DNA from: Deltaproteobacteria bacterium
Lineage (GTDB): Bacteria > Desulfobacterota > Desulfuromonadia > Geobacterales > Geobacteraceae
Assembly: GCA_021847245.1 (NCBI GenBank)
Contig: JAJZUC010000004.1
Span: forward strand, 10,478 to 74,477
Direction of reading: 5' to 3'
DNA: 64,000 bases
Shown: positions 39,614-49,139 of the stretch, piece after piece
Layout of the letters: every line of letters starts with the position of its first letter
How positions within the stretch are numbered: the stretch's first letter is position 1
The notes under the pieces: model-generated
What the model saw: only the letters and a program-made list of their open reading frames with translations
Databases searched by the model: none
What the model was told of the DNA's origin: nothing
Made by a program: the position numbers and the translations under genes

Positions 39614-40038
39614 AAAAGGATCATCTTGAAATAATTCTGGAAGATATCCGGGGGAAGTTCGAACTTGTTCTCGAGGGGCATGAGTCGCTTCGGCAGGAGA
39701 TCAGGGATACCCGGGAAACACTCGAAGCCAAGATCGAGCATCTAAATTTCGTTACCGACATTTTGGCGAATGGGCAGAAAGAACTCCGGACCGAGGTGGC
39801 GGGAATCCGCGGGGAGATAAACGCAATCCGCGGCGAGTTGGCGGAGGTCCGGGGTGAGATAGGCGAAATCCGCGGCGAGTTGGCGGAGGTTCGGGGTGAG
39901 CTGACGGATGTCCGGGGAGAGCTTCGTGAGACCCGTGAAGAGCTGAATGACAAGATTGACGCTGTTGCCGCCGACCTGGCCGCCCATCGGGCCGATACCG
40001 AGGCGCATCATGGAGTATATCGGGTGATGGAGGGCTAA
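39610..40038 (+). CDS. Hypothetical coiled-coil protein with tandem heptad repeats
   Basis: About eight (I/V)RGE(L/I)xx heptads; ATGA overlap with the upstream epimerase gene. Confidence 0.8.
   Translation: MKKDHLEIILEDIRGKFELVLEGHESLRQEIRDTRETLEAKIEHLNFVTDILANGQKELRTEVAGIRGEINAIRGELAEVRGEIGEIRGELAEVRGELTDVRGELRETREELNDKIDAVAADLAAHRADTEAHHGVYRVMEG
39781..39945 (+). repeat. 21-bp-period coding tandem repeat containing a 42-bp-period near-exact duplication
   Basis: AATCCGCGGCGAGTTGGCGGAGGT(C/T)CGGGGTGAG at 39825-39858 and 39867-39900 (33/34 identical). Confidence 0.85.
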
Positions 40039-40063
40039 TGATGATCAAAGGAGAGAACAGAAA

Positions 40064-41056
40064 ATGACGGTACTGGTAACCGGCGGTGCTGGCTATATTG
40101 GGAGCCATGTGGTCCGGCAGCTCTCGGAGGCCGGATTCACGGTGGTGGTCTATGATAATCTCTCCACCGGTTTTGCCGATGCCCTCGTTCACGGCGAGAA
40201 GCTCGTGGTGGGGGATCTGTCGGACTCCGCACGTCTCGATGCACTGTTTGTCGAGTACGGTTTCCGGACGGTTCTTCACTTTGCGGCATCCATCGTGGCC
40301 CCCGAATCGGTGACGCTTCCCCTCAAGTACTACTCGAACAATACGCGCAATACGCTGAATCTCCTGGGCGCCTGCGTCAAGCACGGCGTCGAGCGGTTCG
40401 TTTTCTCGAGCACTGCGGCGGTCTACGGCATGCCCGACAACGGTATTGCCGCCGAGGATAGCCCCACGGTTCCGATCAATCCCTACGGCACTTCCAAGCT
40501 GATGAGTGAATGGATGCTGCGCGACACTGCCGCCGCCCACGGCATGAAGTATGTTGCGCTCCGCTATTTCAACGTGGCGGGGGCCGACCCGCAGGCGCGG
40601 ATGGGACAGCGGACGCCGGAGGCAACCCATCTGATCAAGGTCTGCTGCCAGGCGGCCCTGGGGTTGCGGAAAAAGGTTTCGATCTACGGGACCGATTATC
40701 CGACCCCCGACGGCACCGGCATCCGCGATTACATCCATGTGGAGGATCTGGCCTCTGCCCATCTGGCCGCCCTGCGGTACCTGGAACAGGGTGGGGAGCC
40801 GACCGTCGTCAACGTCGGCTACGGCAAGGGGGCAAGCGTGCGGGAGGTGGTGGAGGTCGTGCGCCGGGTCGCCGGGGTCGATTTTCCCGCCGACGAAGCG
40901 CCGCGCCGCCCCGGCGATCCCGCCACGCTCGTGGCGAGGGCCGAGAGGGTGCACACGCTCTTCGGCTGGAAGCCGCGTTTCGACAGCCTGGAGACCATTG
41001 TTGCCGATGCGTGGCGGTGGGAAAGCAAGCTTCGGAACCTGGGACCGGGGGGGTGA
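40064..41056 (+). CDS. galE: UDP-glucose 4-epimerase
   Basis: TGGAGYIGSH, FSSTAAVYG, NPYGTSK, LRYFNVAGA, TPDGTGIRDYIHV. Confidence 0.95.
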   Translation: MTVLVTGGAGYIGSHVVRQLSEAGFTVVVYDNLSTGFADALVHGEKLVVGDLSDSARLDALFVEYGFRTVLHFAASIVAPESVTLPLKYYSNNTRNTLNLLGACVKHGVERFVFSSTAAVYGMPDNGIAAEDSPTVPINPYGTSKLMSEWMLRDTAAAHGMKYVALRYFNVAGADPQARMGQRTPEATHLIKVCCQAALGLRKKVSIYGTDYPTPDGTGIRDYIHVEDLASAHLAALRYLEQGGEPTVVNVGYGKGASVREVVEVVRRVAGVDFPADEAPRRPGDPATLVARAERVHTLFGWKPRFDSLETIVADAWRWESKLRNLGPGG

Positions 41057-41116
41057 ATCAGGTGGATTAACCGCCCCCTTTTGTTCCTGTCCCGGATTTC
41101 AATACGGAGTCTTTAT

Positions 41117-41998
41117 ATGGTAAAGAGTATGACCGGCTACGGCAAGGCCGTGGTCGAGACCGAACATGGCCGCACGACCGTCGAGATTCGCTCGGTGAAT
41201 CACCGCTACGGCGAGATCGCGGTCAAGGTGCCGCGCTCGCTCCTCGCCTTCGAAAACGAGGTTCGCAAGACGGTGGGAGATCGGCTCAAGCGCGGCAAGA
41301 TCGATGTGTTCGTGCAGCGGGAGGAGGTGGCGGGAGCGGCGAATCTGCCGATGGTGAACTTCCCCCTCGCCAAGGCCTACCGTGACGCCTTCGACCATCT
41401 GCGCGAGGAGCTCGGTCTCTTCTCCGAGCCGGTTACTCTTCAGCTCATCCTCTCCCAGCGGGATGTCATGGTGGCCCGCGATGAGGAGGGAGACGAGGAG
41501 CTGCTTCGCGAGGAGCTGGGTCGCGCGGTGCGCGGTGCGGTCGATGCCCTAGAGGCGATGAGGCGGCGTGAGGGTGAGACGCTTCTGGCCGATCTGCTGT
41601 CCCGGCGCCAGAATCTTTCCGTGCTTATCGAACGAGTGGCGGGACGCGCCCCGGCGGTTGTGACGGAGTATGCAGCCCGGCTGCGGGAGCGGCTCAACCA
41701 GCTCCTGGCGGGGAGTTCCCTCGACGATGCCCGTTTTCTCCAGGAAGTGGCAATCATGGCGGATCGGGGTGACATCACCGAAGAGCTCGTGCGTTTTCGA
41801 AGCCATCTGGCGCAGTTTGACGAAACGCTTACGATGGACGAACCGGTCGGACGCAAGCTCGATTTCCTGATGCAGGAGTTGAACCGGGAGGTGAACACCA
41901 TCGGCTCCAAGGCAAACGATGCCGAGATTGCCGCCGTCGTGGTCGAACTCAAGGCAGAGCTCGAAAAGATCCGCGAGCAGGTACAGAACATCGAGTGA
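41117..41998 (+). CDS. yicC: YicC/YloC family endoribonuclease
   Basis: SMTGYG, IRSVNHRY, DITEEL, GRKLDFLMQELNREVNTIGSK, REQVQNIE. Confidence 0.94.
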   Translation: MVKSMTGYGKAVVETEHGRTTVEIRSVNHRYGEIAVKVPRSLLAFENEVRKTVGDRLKRGKIDVFVQREEVAGAANLPMVNFPLAKAYRDAFDHLREELGLFSEPVTLQLILSQRDVMVARDEEGDEELLREELGRAVRGAVDALEAMRRREGETLLADLLSRRQNLSVLIERVAGRAPAVVTEYAARLRERLNQLLAGSSLDDARFLQEVAIMADRGDITEELVRFRSHLAQFDETLTMDEPVGRKLDFLMQELNREVNTIGSKANDAEIAAVVVELKAELEKIREQVQNIE

Positions 41999-42020
41999 GG
42001 GGGGAAGGACAGGGAAACGC

Positions 42021-42641
42021 ATGAAACGCGAAGGTGCAATCTTCATAATTTCGGCTCCATCCGGGTCGGGCAAAACCACGCTCTGCAAGGAAATAATTGA
42101 CATATTCCCTGCCTTGCGGCATTCTGTCAGTTACACGACACGGGCACCCCGGGCCGGCGAAGTCCATGGAAAAGATTATTTTTTTGTTACTCCGGAAGAA
42201 TTCCGGAGGATGGCAGCGGCGGGTGAGTTTGCCGAGTGGGCTGAAGTCCACGGCAACTGTTACGGCACCGCAATCCGGACGCTGGAGGAATGCCGTACCA
42301 ACGGCGTAGACGTCATCCTTGACATCGACATCCAAGGGGCTCGCCAGCTGAAGGAGCGCTATCAGGGCGGCGTTTATATCTTCATTCTCCCTCCCAGTTA
42401 TGATGAATTGCGTCGCAGGCTCAACGGCCGCTCTTCCGACAGCGACGAGGTGATCAGCCGGCGCATCGATGCCGCTGCCGGCGAGATCCGGGAATCCCGC
42501 TGGTATGATTACATCATAGTCAACGATCAGTTTCCAAGGGCAGTCGAGGAGCTCAAGTCGATAGTCATTGCCGAGCGGTGCCGGACGTTTCGCGTTCTGG
42601 AGGCGGTGACGGAACTGTTTGATATCGGCACCGCCGATTGA
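42021..42641 (+). CDS. gmk: Guanylate kinase
   Basis: SAPSGSGKTT, SYTTRAPR, EWAEVHGNCYGT, DIDIQGA. Confidence 0.96.
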   Translation: MKREGAIFIISAPSGSGKTTLCKEIIDIFPALRHSVSYTTRAPRAGEVHGKDYFFVTPEEFRRMAAAGEFAEWAEVHGNCYGTAIRTLEECRTNGVDVILDIDIQGARQLKERYQGGVYIFILPPSYDELRRRLNGRSSDSDEVISRRIDAAAGEIRESRWYDYIIVNDQFPRAVEELKSIVIAERCRTFRVLEAVTELFDIGTAD

Positions 42642-42725
42642 AGGTTTCTCCCTGCAGGATCAATAATGCTGACCGGCAGCCGTTCCCTCGGCTCTAGGTC
42701 TCCGAATCAGGAAAGGAGTTGTTTC

Positions 42726-42935
42726 ATGGCACGCGTTACGGTCGAGGATTGCCTCGAGAAAGTGGATAACCGGTTTCTGCTGGTGATGTTGGCATCGAAG
42801 CGGGTAAAGCAGCTTTACAAGGGGTCTTCCCCCCTCATCGATAACAGGGGGGGGAACAAGAATGTCGTCCTGGCGCTGCGCGAGATTGCGGCAGGAAAAG
42901 CCCAGTACGAACTGACCTCACGCAAAGGCCGCTGA
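42726..42935 (+). CDS. rpoZ: RNA polymerase omega subunit
   Basis: [10 protein letters not shown]...[12 protein letters not shown]...ALREIAAG; AAGGAG SD. Confidence 0.96.
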   Translation: MARVTVEDCLEKVDNRFLLVMLASKRVKQLYKGSSPLIDNRGGNKNVVLALREIAAGKAQYELTSRKGR

Positions 42936-42949
42936 TCCATCTCTCCACG

Positions 42950-42982
42950 AGGGCAGAAGCACCAAGCTTCCGCCCTTTTTTT
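42950..42982 (+). terminator. Intrinsic terminator between rpoZ and rel
   Basis: AGGGCAGAAGC/GCTTCCGCCCT stem (one mismatch), 5-nt loop, T7 tract. Confidence 0.7.
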
Positions 42983-42996
42983 GTCTTTTTTCCCCT

Positions 42997-45147
42997 ATGA
43001 TCAGGCTCAACGATATTCTCGACAAGGTGGCGTCGTATAATCCCCAGGCCGACCTGGATCTGGTGCGCAAGGCGTATGTTTACTGCGCGAAGGTGCATCA
43101 GGGGCAGACCCGGCTTTCGGGCGAGCCGTATCTTGTCCATCCGATGGAGGTGGCGGGGATCCTGGCGGATCTGCGGCTGGACGCTCCCACGGTCGTGACC
43201 GGTTTTTTGCACGATACCATCGAAGATACCCTGACCACCCATGAAGAGCTTGAGCAGATGTTCGGGGCCGAGGTGGCAAACCTCGTCGACGGCGTGACAA
43301 AAATCAGCAAGATCCACTTCAAGACCAAGGAGGAGAGTCAGGCGGAGAACTTTCGCAAGATGCTCCTCGCCATGGCGAACGACATCCGGGTTATCCTCGT
43401 CAAGCTTGCCGACCGTCTCCATAACATGCGGACGTTGCAGTACCAGCCCGAACCCAAGCAGCGCTCGATTTCGCGTGAAACCCTCGACATCTACGCTCCC
43501 CTTGCCAATCGTCTCGGTATCTCCTGGATCAAGAGCGAGCTGGAGGACCTTTCCTTCCGGTACCTGGAATCCCAGATCTACTACGACCTTGCCTCCAAGG
43601 TTGCCAAGAAGAAAAAGGAGCGGGAAAGCTACGTCGAGGAAGTCCGCTCCATAATCGTCTCCAAGCTCGCCGAGCACGAGCTGAGGGGGGAGGTCTACGG
43701 GCGGAGCAAGCATCTCTACTCCATCTGGAAGAAGATGCAGAACCGCAACGTCGACATCGATCAGATCTATGATCTGATCGCCATTCGCGTCATGATCAAC
43801 GACATCCGCGAGTGCTACGAGGTCCTCGGGATCATCCACTCCACCTGGAAGCCGATTCCGGGGCGTTTCAAGGATTACATCGCCATGCCGAAGGGAAACA
43901 TGTACCAGTCCCTTCATACGACGGTCATCGGCCCCCATGGCGAGCGGATGGAGGTGCAGATCCGCACCGCCGATATGCATCGGGTGGCGGAGGCGGGGAT
44001 TGCGGCCCACTGGAAGTACAAGGAGGGGAAGGGGTACGACGAGAAGGAGGTCAAGCGCTTTGCCTGGCTACGCCAGCTCCTCGAGTGGCAGCAGGAACTG
44101 CAGGATTCCCACGAGTTCATGAACACCGTCAAGGTGGAGCTCTTCCCCGAGGAGGTTTACGTCTTCACCCCGAGAGGGGACGTGAAGAGTTTTCCCAAGG
44201 GCTCCACCCCCATCGATTTTGCCTACACCATTCACACCGATATCGGGCACCGCTGCGTTGGCGCCAAGGTGAACGGCAAGCTCGTGCCGCTCAAATACGA
44301 ACTGAAAAACGGCGACATCGTTGAAGTCATCACCTCTCCCCACCACACGCCGAGCAAGGACTGGCTGAAGATCGTCCGGAGCTCGCGGGCGCGGAACAAG
44401 ATCCGCGTCTGGATCAAGACCGAGGAGCGGCTCCGGAGTATCACCCTCGGTCGCGAGATCCTGGAAAAGGAGTTCAGGCGCTACTCCCTCAATCTGGCAA
44501 AGCTGCAGAAGTCAGGGGAACTGAAACGGGTGGCCTCCGAATTCGGCCTGATTACCGACGACGATATCCTGGCCGCCGTGGGGTACGGAAAGCTTTCCCA
44601 CGCCCAGGTGCTCGGCAGGCTCATTCCGGAGGAACGGCTTGCGGAACGGCAGGAGCAGAAGGAGTCCAGGCTCGGCAAGGTGCTCGGCAAGCTTACCGGG
44701 AAGTCGACGAGTGCCATCCAGATCGGCGGCGTCGAGGATGTGCTGGTGAGATTCGGCAAGTGCTGCAATCCAGTCCCCGGGGACGACGTTGTCGGGTTCA
44801 TTACCCGGGGGCGTGGCGTGACCGTTCACACGGCCGATTGCCCCGTCGCCCTGGAGAACGATCCCGAACGGCGGATCGCGGTCGCCTGGAACCGGGACCG
44901 CAAGGCGGCTCTGCCGGTGAAGATCAAGGTCGCCTGTCATGACCAGAAAGGTATCCTGGCGAACATCACCCTTGCGATTACCAACTGCGAGGCCAATATC
45001 TCCAGCGCGTCCATCCAGAGCACCGTCGACAAGCGTGGGGTTAACATCTTCGAAGTCGACGTCACCGACATCGATCACCTCAGCCGCGTGATGAACAACA
45101 TCATGAAGGTGAAGGGGGTGATCAAGGTGGAGCGGATGAAGAGCTAG
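42997..45147 (+). CDS. relA: Bifunctional (p)ppGpp synthetase/hydrolase (long RSH)
   Basis: Intact HD motif LHDTIED, KLADRLHNMRTL, RFKDYI, YQSLHT; TGS and ACT domains. Confidence 0.95.
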   Translation: MIRLNDILDKVASYNPQADLDLVRKAYVYCAKVHQGQTRLSGEPYLVHPMEVAGILADLRLDAPTVVTGFLHDTIEDTLTTHEELEQMFGAEVANLVDGVTKISKIHFKTKEESQAENFRKMLLAMANDIRVILVKLADRLHNMRTLQYQPEPKQRSISRETLDIYAPLANRLGISWIKSELEDLSFRYLESQIYYDLASKVAKKKKERESYVEEVRSIIVSKLAEHELRGEVYGRSKHLYSIWKKMQNRNVDIDQIYDLIAIRVMINDIRECYEVLGIIHSTWKPIPGRFKDYIAMPKGNMYQSLHTTVIGPHGERMEVQIRTADMHRVAEAGIAAHWKYKEGKGYDEKEVKRFAWLRQLLEWQQELQDSHEFMNTVKVELFPEEVYVFTPRGDVKSFPKGSTPIDFAYTIHTDIGHRCVGAKVNGKLVPLKYELKNGDIVEVITSPHHTPSKDWLKIVRSSRARNKIRVWIKTEERLRSITLGREILEKEFRRYSLNLAKLQKSGELKRVASEFGLITDDDILAAVGYGKLSHAQVLGRLIPEERLAERQEQKESRLGKVLGKLTGKSTSAIQIGGVEDVLVRFGKCCNPVPGDDVVGFITRGRGVTVHTADCPVALENDPERRIAVAWNRDRKAALPVKIKVACHDQKGILANITLAITNCEANISSASIQSTVDKRGVNIFEVDVTDIDHLSRVMNNIMKVKGVIKVERMKS

Positions 45148-45181
45148 TGAAAAACAAGGGTGAGGCGAAAGGAGTGATGGG

Positions 45182-45559
45182 ATGAAAGAAATCGTTGCAA
45201 CCGACAAGGCTCCAAAGGCGATCGGACCTTATTCTCAGGCGGTGAGGGCCGGAGGTTTTCTCTTTCTGTCGGGGCAGATTCCGCTCGTTCCCGGGACCGG
45301 CGAACTGGTGGAGGGTGATATCAGGGCGCAGACCGGCCAGGTGATGGCGAACATCGGCGCGGTCCTGGCCGAGGCGGGCCTCGGATTCGGGGAGATCATA
45401 AAGACTACGATCTTCCTGACCGACCTCGGCAATTTTGCCACGGTCAACGAGGTCTACGGCGGTTATTTTGCTGCCAATCCCCCGGCACGTTCCACCGTCG
45501 AGGTGAAAGGCCTGCCCCGCGGTGCCATGGTGGAGATCGAGGTTGTCGCAGCCGTTTGA
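45182..45559 (+). CDS. ridA: RidA family reactive intermediate deaminase
   Basis: APKAIGPYSQA, SGQIPL, PARSTVEV, VEIE. Confidence 0.94.
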   Translation: MKEIVATDKAPKAIGPYSQAVRAGGFLFLSGQIPLVPGTGELVEGDIRAQTGQVMANIGAVLAEAGLGFGEIIKTTIFLTDLGNFATVNEVYGGYFAANPPARSTVEVKGLPRGAMVEIEVVAAV

Positions 45560-45587
45560 TCTGTGTTCGGGTTGGCGGGTGCGAACG

Positions 45588-45622
45588 AAAAAAGCCGCAG
45601 GACACCAGCGTGTCGCGGCTTT
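45588..45622. terminator. Bidirectional terminator between convergent ridA and rpmB
   Basis: AAAAAAGCCGC-AG-GACAC-CAGC-GTGTC-GCGGCTTT; reads as a T6 tail on the minus strand. Confidence 0.75.
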
Positions 45623-45650
45623 GATTCTTGGGCTCGGAGATTCCGGGCTG

Positions 45651-45842
45651 TTAAAGGGCTTTGGTTACGTGGCCGGAACGGATACAGCGGGTGCAGACTT
45701 TAATGGTCTGGACGCTCCCGTTTCTGATGGCCTTAACTTTCTGAAGGTTCGGGTACCAGACAGTGCGGGTTTTGTTGTTGGCGTGGCTGACGTTGTTACC
45801 GAAACTGGGACCTTTGCCGCAGATTTCACATTTCCTGGACAT
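45651..45842 (-). CDS. rpmB: 50S ribosomal protein L28 (two CxxC motifs)
   Basis: [10 protein letters not shown]...[11 protein letters not shown]...PNLQ...CTRCIRSG; GGAGG SD. Confidence 0.97.
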   Translation of the reverse strand: MSRKCEICGKGPSFGNNVSHANNKTRTVWYPNLQKVKAIRNGSVQTIKVCTRCIRSGHVTKAL

Positions 45843-45877
45843 GGTTCTACTCCCTCCTATGGTGTCTGAAGCTCTTT

Positions 45878-45906
45878 TTTATATCAAACTGTGACGTTGG
45901 TTGCAA
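45878..45906 (-). promoter_or_regulatory. Sigma70-type promoter for rpmB
   Basis: Minus strand TTGCAA, 17-nt spacer ending TGA, then TATAAA. Confidence 0.7.
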
Positions 45907-45932
45907 GTGAAATGTTTCGATAAGGTGGTGCA

Positions 45933-46538
45933 ATGGCGGTATTTTTCCGGGGTCTCGTCTCGCTTTTCCTGGTTTTTTCCGTGGTGATGGCGGTTCTTTT
46001 CGTGGACTTCGTCTACAAAAGTTTTTCGCTCCACCCCCGCGACTTTCGCGCCGATGCGGTAGTGGTGCTCGCAGGAGGACGGGGGAGGGTGGAGGAAGGG
46101 GTCAGGCTCTTTCGTGAAAAACGGGGAGCATTTCTCTTTCTCGTTGGTGTCGATCCCCTGGTGCAGAAGCAGGATCTGTTCCGCGACCGGGAGGGAGAGA
46201 ATCTCGCGGGGCACGTGTACCTGGAGAAGGCCTCGCGCAATACCCTGGAAAACGCGATCTACGGACGTGAGCTCATCATGCAGAAGAATATCCGTTCCCT
46301 CCACCTCATAACTTCACGCTATCACATGAAGCGGGCGACCCTGATCTTTCGGCACCTGCTGCCGAAGGATGTTGCCATTTACCCCTATCCGGTCGACAGC
46401 AAGAACCTTAGGGAACAATGGTGGAGCCACGGCGGGAGCTTTCGGCTCCTGTTCGGAGAGTTCTACAAATACTGTCTCTTTCGCTTCTTCTTTCTCTTCG
46501 ATTCGGGGGAGATGCGGCCCGGCGCCTCGCCTCTGTAA
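45933..46538 (+). CDS. YdcF/DUF218 family protein
   Basis: N-terminal TM, ADAVVVLAGG, SRNTLENA, LITSRYHMKRA. Confidence 0.88.
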   Translation: MAVFFRGLVSLFLVFSVVMAVLFVDFVYKSFSLHPRDFRADAVVVLAGGRGRVEEGVRLFREKRGAFLFLVGVDPLVQKQDLFRDREGENLAGHVYLEKASRNTLENAIYGRELIMQKNIRSLHLITSRYHMKRATLIFRHLLPKDVAIYPYPVDSKNLREQWWSHGGSFRLLFGEFYKYCLFRFFFLFDSGEMRPGASPL

Positions 46539-46564
46539 CAGGGAGGGATTTGCGCTGCCGAATG

Positions 46565-46602
46565 CGAAAGGGCAACCTGCTGTGGTTGCCCTTTCGTCGT
46601 TT
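46565..46602. terminator. Hairpin/terminator between convergent ydcF-like gene and metG
   Basis: Perfect 13-bp stem CGAAAGGGCAACC/GGTTGCCCTTTCG with a 6-nt loop. Confidence 0.75.
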
Positions 46603-48132
46603 CTATTCGTCCTTTTCCTCGATCCGCGGGAAGAGCGCTTCGGCTTTGGCGATATGTGTTCCCGCCACAAGCCCCCCCCATCGCAGGTCCTCGCCTCGGG
46701 GAGGGGCGCTCCAGCCGAGGTAGCCGAGCGCCTTTGCCGCCGTGCGGGGCATGAAGGCCGTCAGGAGAATGTGGACGATGCGCTGGACCTCCAGGAGCGT
46801 GTACATGATTGTGCCGAGACGTTCTCTCTGGGCCGGGTCCTTGGCGAGGGTCCAGGGGGCCGTCTCATCGATATACTTGTTGCCGGCCGAGATTACCTCC
46901 CAGATGGCCTGAAGCCCTTTGCTGAAAGCGAGTTCGTCGAGACAGGCATCGAGCTGCGCGACCATCGTTTCGGTCTTTCCCCTGAACGCGGCGTCGAGCT
47001 CTGCAAGGGGGCCCGGCTGGGGGAGAACGCCGTCGAAATACTTGTTCACCATGGCGGTGGAGCGGTTGAGGAGGTTACCAAGATCGTTGGCCAGGTCGGA
47101 GTTGATCCGATGGACGAGGGCCGTGTGGGAAAAGTCGCCGTCGAGCCCGAAGGGAACCTCGCGCAGGAGGAAATAACGGACGGCGTCTATCCCGTACTTG
47201 TCGACGAGCATGTTCGGCTCCACAACGTTCTGGAGGCTCTTGCTCATCTTCTGTCCCTCGACGGTCCACCACCCGTGGGCAAAGACCTTCTTTGGCAACG
47301 GCAGCCCGGCGGCCATGAGGAAGGTGGGCCAGTAGACGGCGTGGAAGCGGAGAATGTCCTTGCCGATAAGGTGGACATCCACCGGCCAGTATCTGGTGAA
47401 ATCCCCCCCCTGCTCCGGGTAGCCGAGGGCGGTGATGTAATTGGTGAGGGCGTCGAACCAGACGTAGATCACGTGCCGCTCGTTGTCCGGCACCGGGATC
47501 CCCCAGTTGAAGGAGGTGCGGGAGATGGAGAGGTCGCGTAGCCCCTCCTTGACGAAGGCGATGATCTCGTTGCGCCGGCTCTTCGGCTGGATGAAGTCGG
47601 GATTGGCCTCGATGTGGGCCAGGAGCCGATCCTGGTACTTGCTCATCCGGAAGAAGTACGATTCTTCCTTGAGCTTCTCGACGGGGCGGTTGCAGTCGGG
47701 GCAGTTGCCGTCGATGAGCTGGGTCTCGGTCCAGAAGGTCTCGCAGGGGGTGCAATACCAGTCTTCGTACTCCCCCAGGTAGATGTCTCCCTGCGCCAGG
47801 ATCTGGCGGAAGATGTGGGTGACCCCCTTCTTGTGCCGTTCCTGGGTGGTCCGGATGAAGTCGGTGGGGGCGACGTCGAGCTTGTCCCAGAGCGCCTGGA
47901 AGCGTTTCACCACCCGGTCGGCAAGTTCCAGCGGGGTTTCGCCGGCGGCGTTGGCCGCCTTCTCCACCTTCTGTCCGTGCTCGTCGGTGCCGGTCAGGAA
48001 GAAGACCTCGTATCCCTTGAGCCGCTTGTAGCGGGCGAGCACGTCCGCGGCAAGGGTCGTGTAGGCATGGCCGATGTGGGGTACGTCATTTACGTAGTAG
48101 ATCGGTGTCGTGACATAGAAGGTCCGGCTCAT
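46603..48132 (-). CDS. metG: Methionine--tRNA ligase (short form without C-terminal tRNA-binding domain)
   Basis: TTPIYYVND, HIGH, GTDEHG, YVWFDAL, KMSKS; 509 aa. Confidence 0.97.
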   Translation of the reverse strand: MSRTFYVTTPIYYVNDVPHIGHAYTTLAADVLARYKRLKGYEVFFLTGTDEHGQKVEKAANAAGETPLELADRVVKRFQALWDKLDVAPTDFIRTTQERHKKGVTHIFRQILAQGDIYLGEYEDWYCTPCETFWTETQLIDGNCPDCNRPVEKLKEESYFFRMSKYQDRLLAHIEANPDFIQPKSRRNEIIAFVKEGLRDLSISRTSFNWGIPVPDNERHVIYVWFDALTNYITALGYPEQGGDFTRYWPVDVHLIGKDILRFHAVYWPTFLMAAGLPLPKKVFAHGWWTVEGQKMSKSLQNVVEPNMLVDKYGIDAVRYFLLREVPFGLDGDFSHTALVHRINSDLANDLGNLLNRSTAMVNKYFDGVLPQPGPLAELDAAFRGKTETMVAQLDACLDELAFSKGLQAIWEVISAGNKYIDETAPWTLAKDPAQRERLGTIMYTLLEVQRIVHILLTAFMPRTAAKALGYLGWSAPPRGEDLRWGGLVAGTHIAKAEALFPRIEEKDE

Positions 48133-49103
48133 TTCTTCTCCTTTTTCTCTCGATCCTTGCCCCGGCCGCTGCGACGCTCCCGTCCCTGGCCCTCGGGACG
48201 CTGCTGTTCCCGCTGTCCCTTTTCCCTCGGCTCCCGGTCGGTCCCCGCTTTCTGCTCCCGCTCCTTCGGCCCTTCCTTGCGGGGCTGTTTGGGGCGGTCG
48301 GAAATGTTTTCCGGCCTGATGTCGTCACCCTTGATTTCCACTTCGCGGTCGTCATCGGTCCGGACGGTCACGGATCCTTCGAGGACATTCATCTTGACCA
48401 CTTCGCCTTCGACGCCGCCGCATTTGACCAGTTTACCGCACTTGGGGAGGCATTTCTTGAGGGAGCAGTAGGTTTCGTACTCGTAGCCGAGGCAGCAGAG
48501 AAGCCGGCCGCACTGGCCGGAGATCTTGGTGGGGTTCAGGGCCAGGTTCTGTTCCTTGGCCATCTTGACCGATACCGGCTCGAAGTCCCGCAGAAACGAC
48601 GAACAGCAGAGCTCGCGGCCGCAGATGCCGATGCCGCCGATCATCTTCGCCTCGTCGCGAACTCCGATCTGGCGCATCTCGATCCTGGTGTGGAACTGGT
48701 GGGCCAGGTCCTTCACGAGCTCCCTGAAGTCGACCCGGCCGTCGGCGGTGAAGTAGAAGATCGCCTTGCTGCCGTCGAAGAGATACTCCACCCTGACGAG
48801 CTTCATATCCATCCCCCGCTCCTTGATCTTGCGGAGGCAGAAGTCGAAGGCGTCCTTCTCGCGGGCGGCGTTACGGGCCGCCGACTCCACGTCGGATGCC
48901 TCGGCGAGGCGGATGATGTTCTTGAGCCCTTCGGGAAGCTGACTCTCCTCGTATTCGCGCGGCGGCGTGACGACGGTGGCGATGCTCCGGCCCCGCTCGG
49001 TTTCCACGATGACCCGGTCACCCGGCTTGAGTTCGAACGAACCGGCGCCGAAGTCGTAGAGCTTGCCGGCGGTGTGGAACTGTACTTTGACGATTGTTGC
49101 CAA
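48129..49103 (-). CDS. ricT: PSP1-domain protein RicT/YaaT
   Basis: RVDFRELVKDLA, RIEMRQIG, GICGRELCC, GQCGRLLCCL; lies between holB and metG. Confidence 0.9.
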   Translation of the reverse strand: MATIVKVQFHTAGKLYDFGAGSFELKPGDRVIVETERGRSIATVVTPPREYEESQLPEGLKNIIRLAEASDVESAARNAAREKDAFDFCLRKIKERGMDMKLVRVEYLFDGSKAIFYFTADGRVDFRELVKDLAHQFHTRIEMRQIGVRDEAKMIGGIGICGRELCCSSFLRDFEPVSVKMAKEQNLALNPTKISGQCGRLLCCLGYEYETYCSLKKCLPKCGKLVKCGGVEGEVVKMNVLEGSVTVRTDDDREVEIKGDDIRPENISDRPKQPRKEGPKEREQKAGTDREPREKGQREQQRPEGQGRERRSGRGKDREKKEKK

Positions 49104-49139
49104 TTCTATATCCTCCCGGGGGATCCCCGTTGTATGTCG

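Noticed and set aside
39781-39945. Periodic repeats as a possible CRISPR array
   Set aside because: The units are contiguous in-frame 21-bp coding repeats with no unique spacers, and no cas genes are present.
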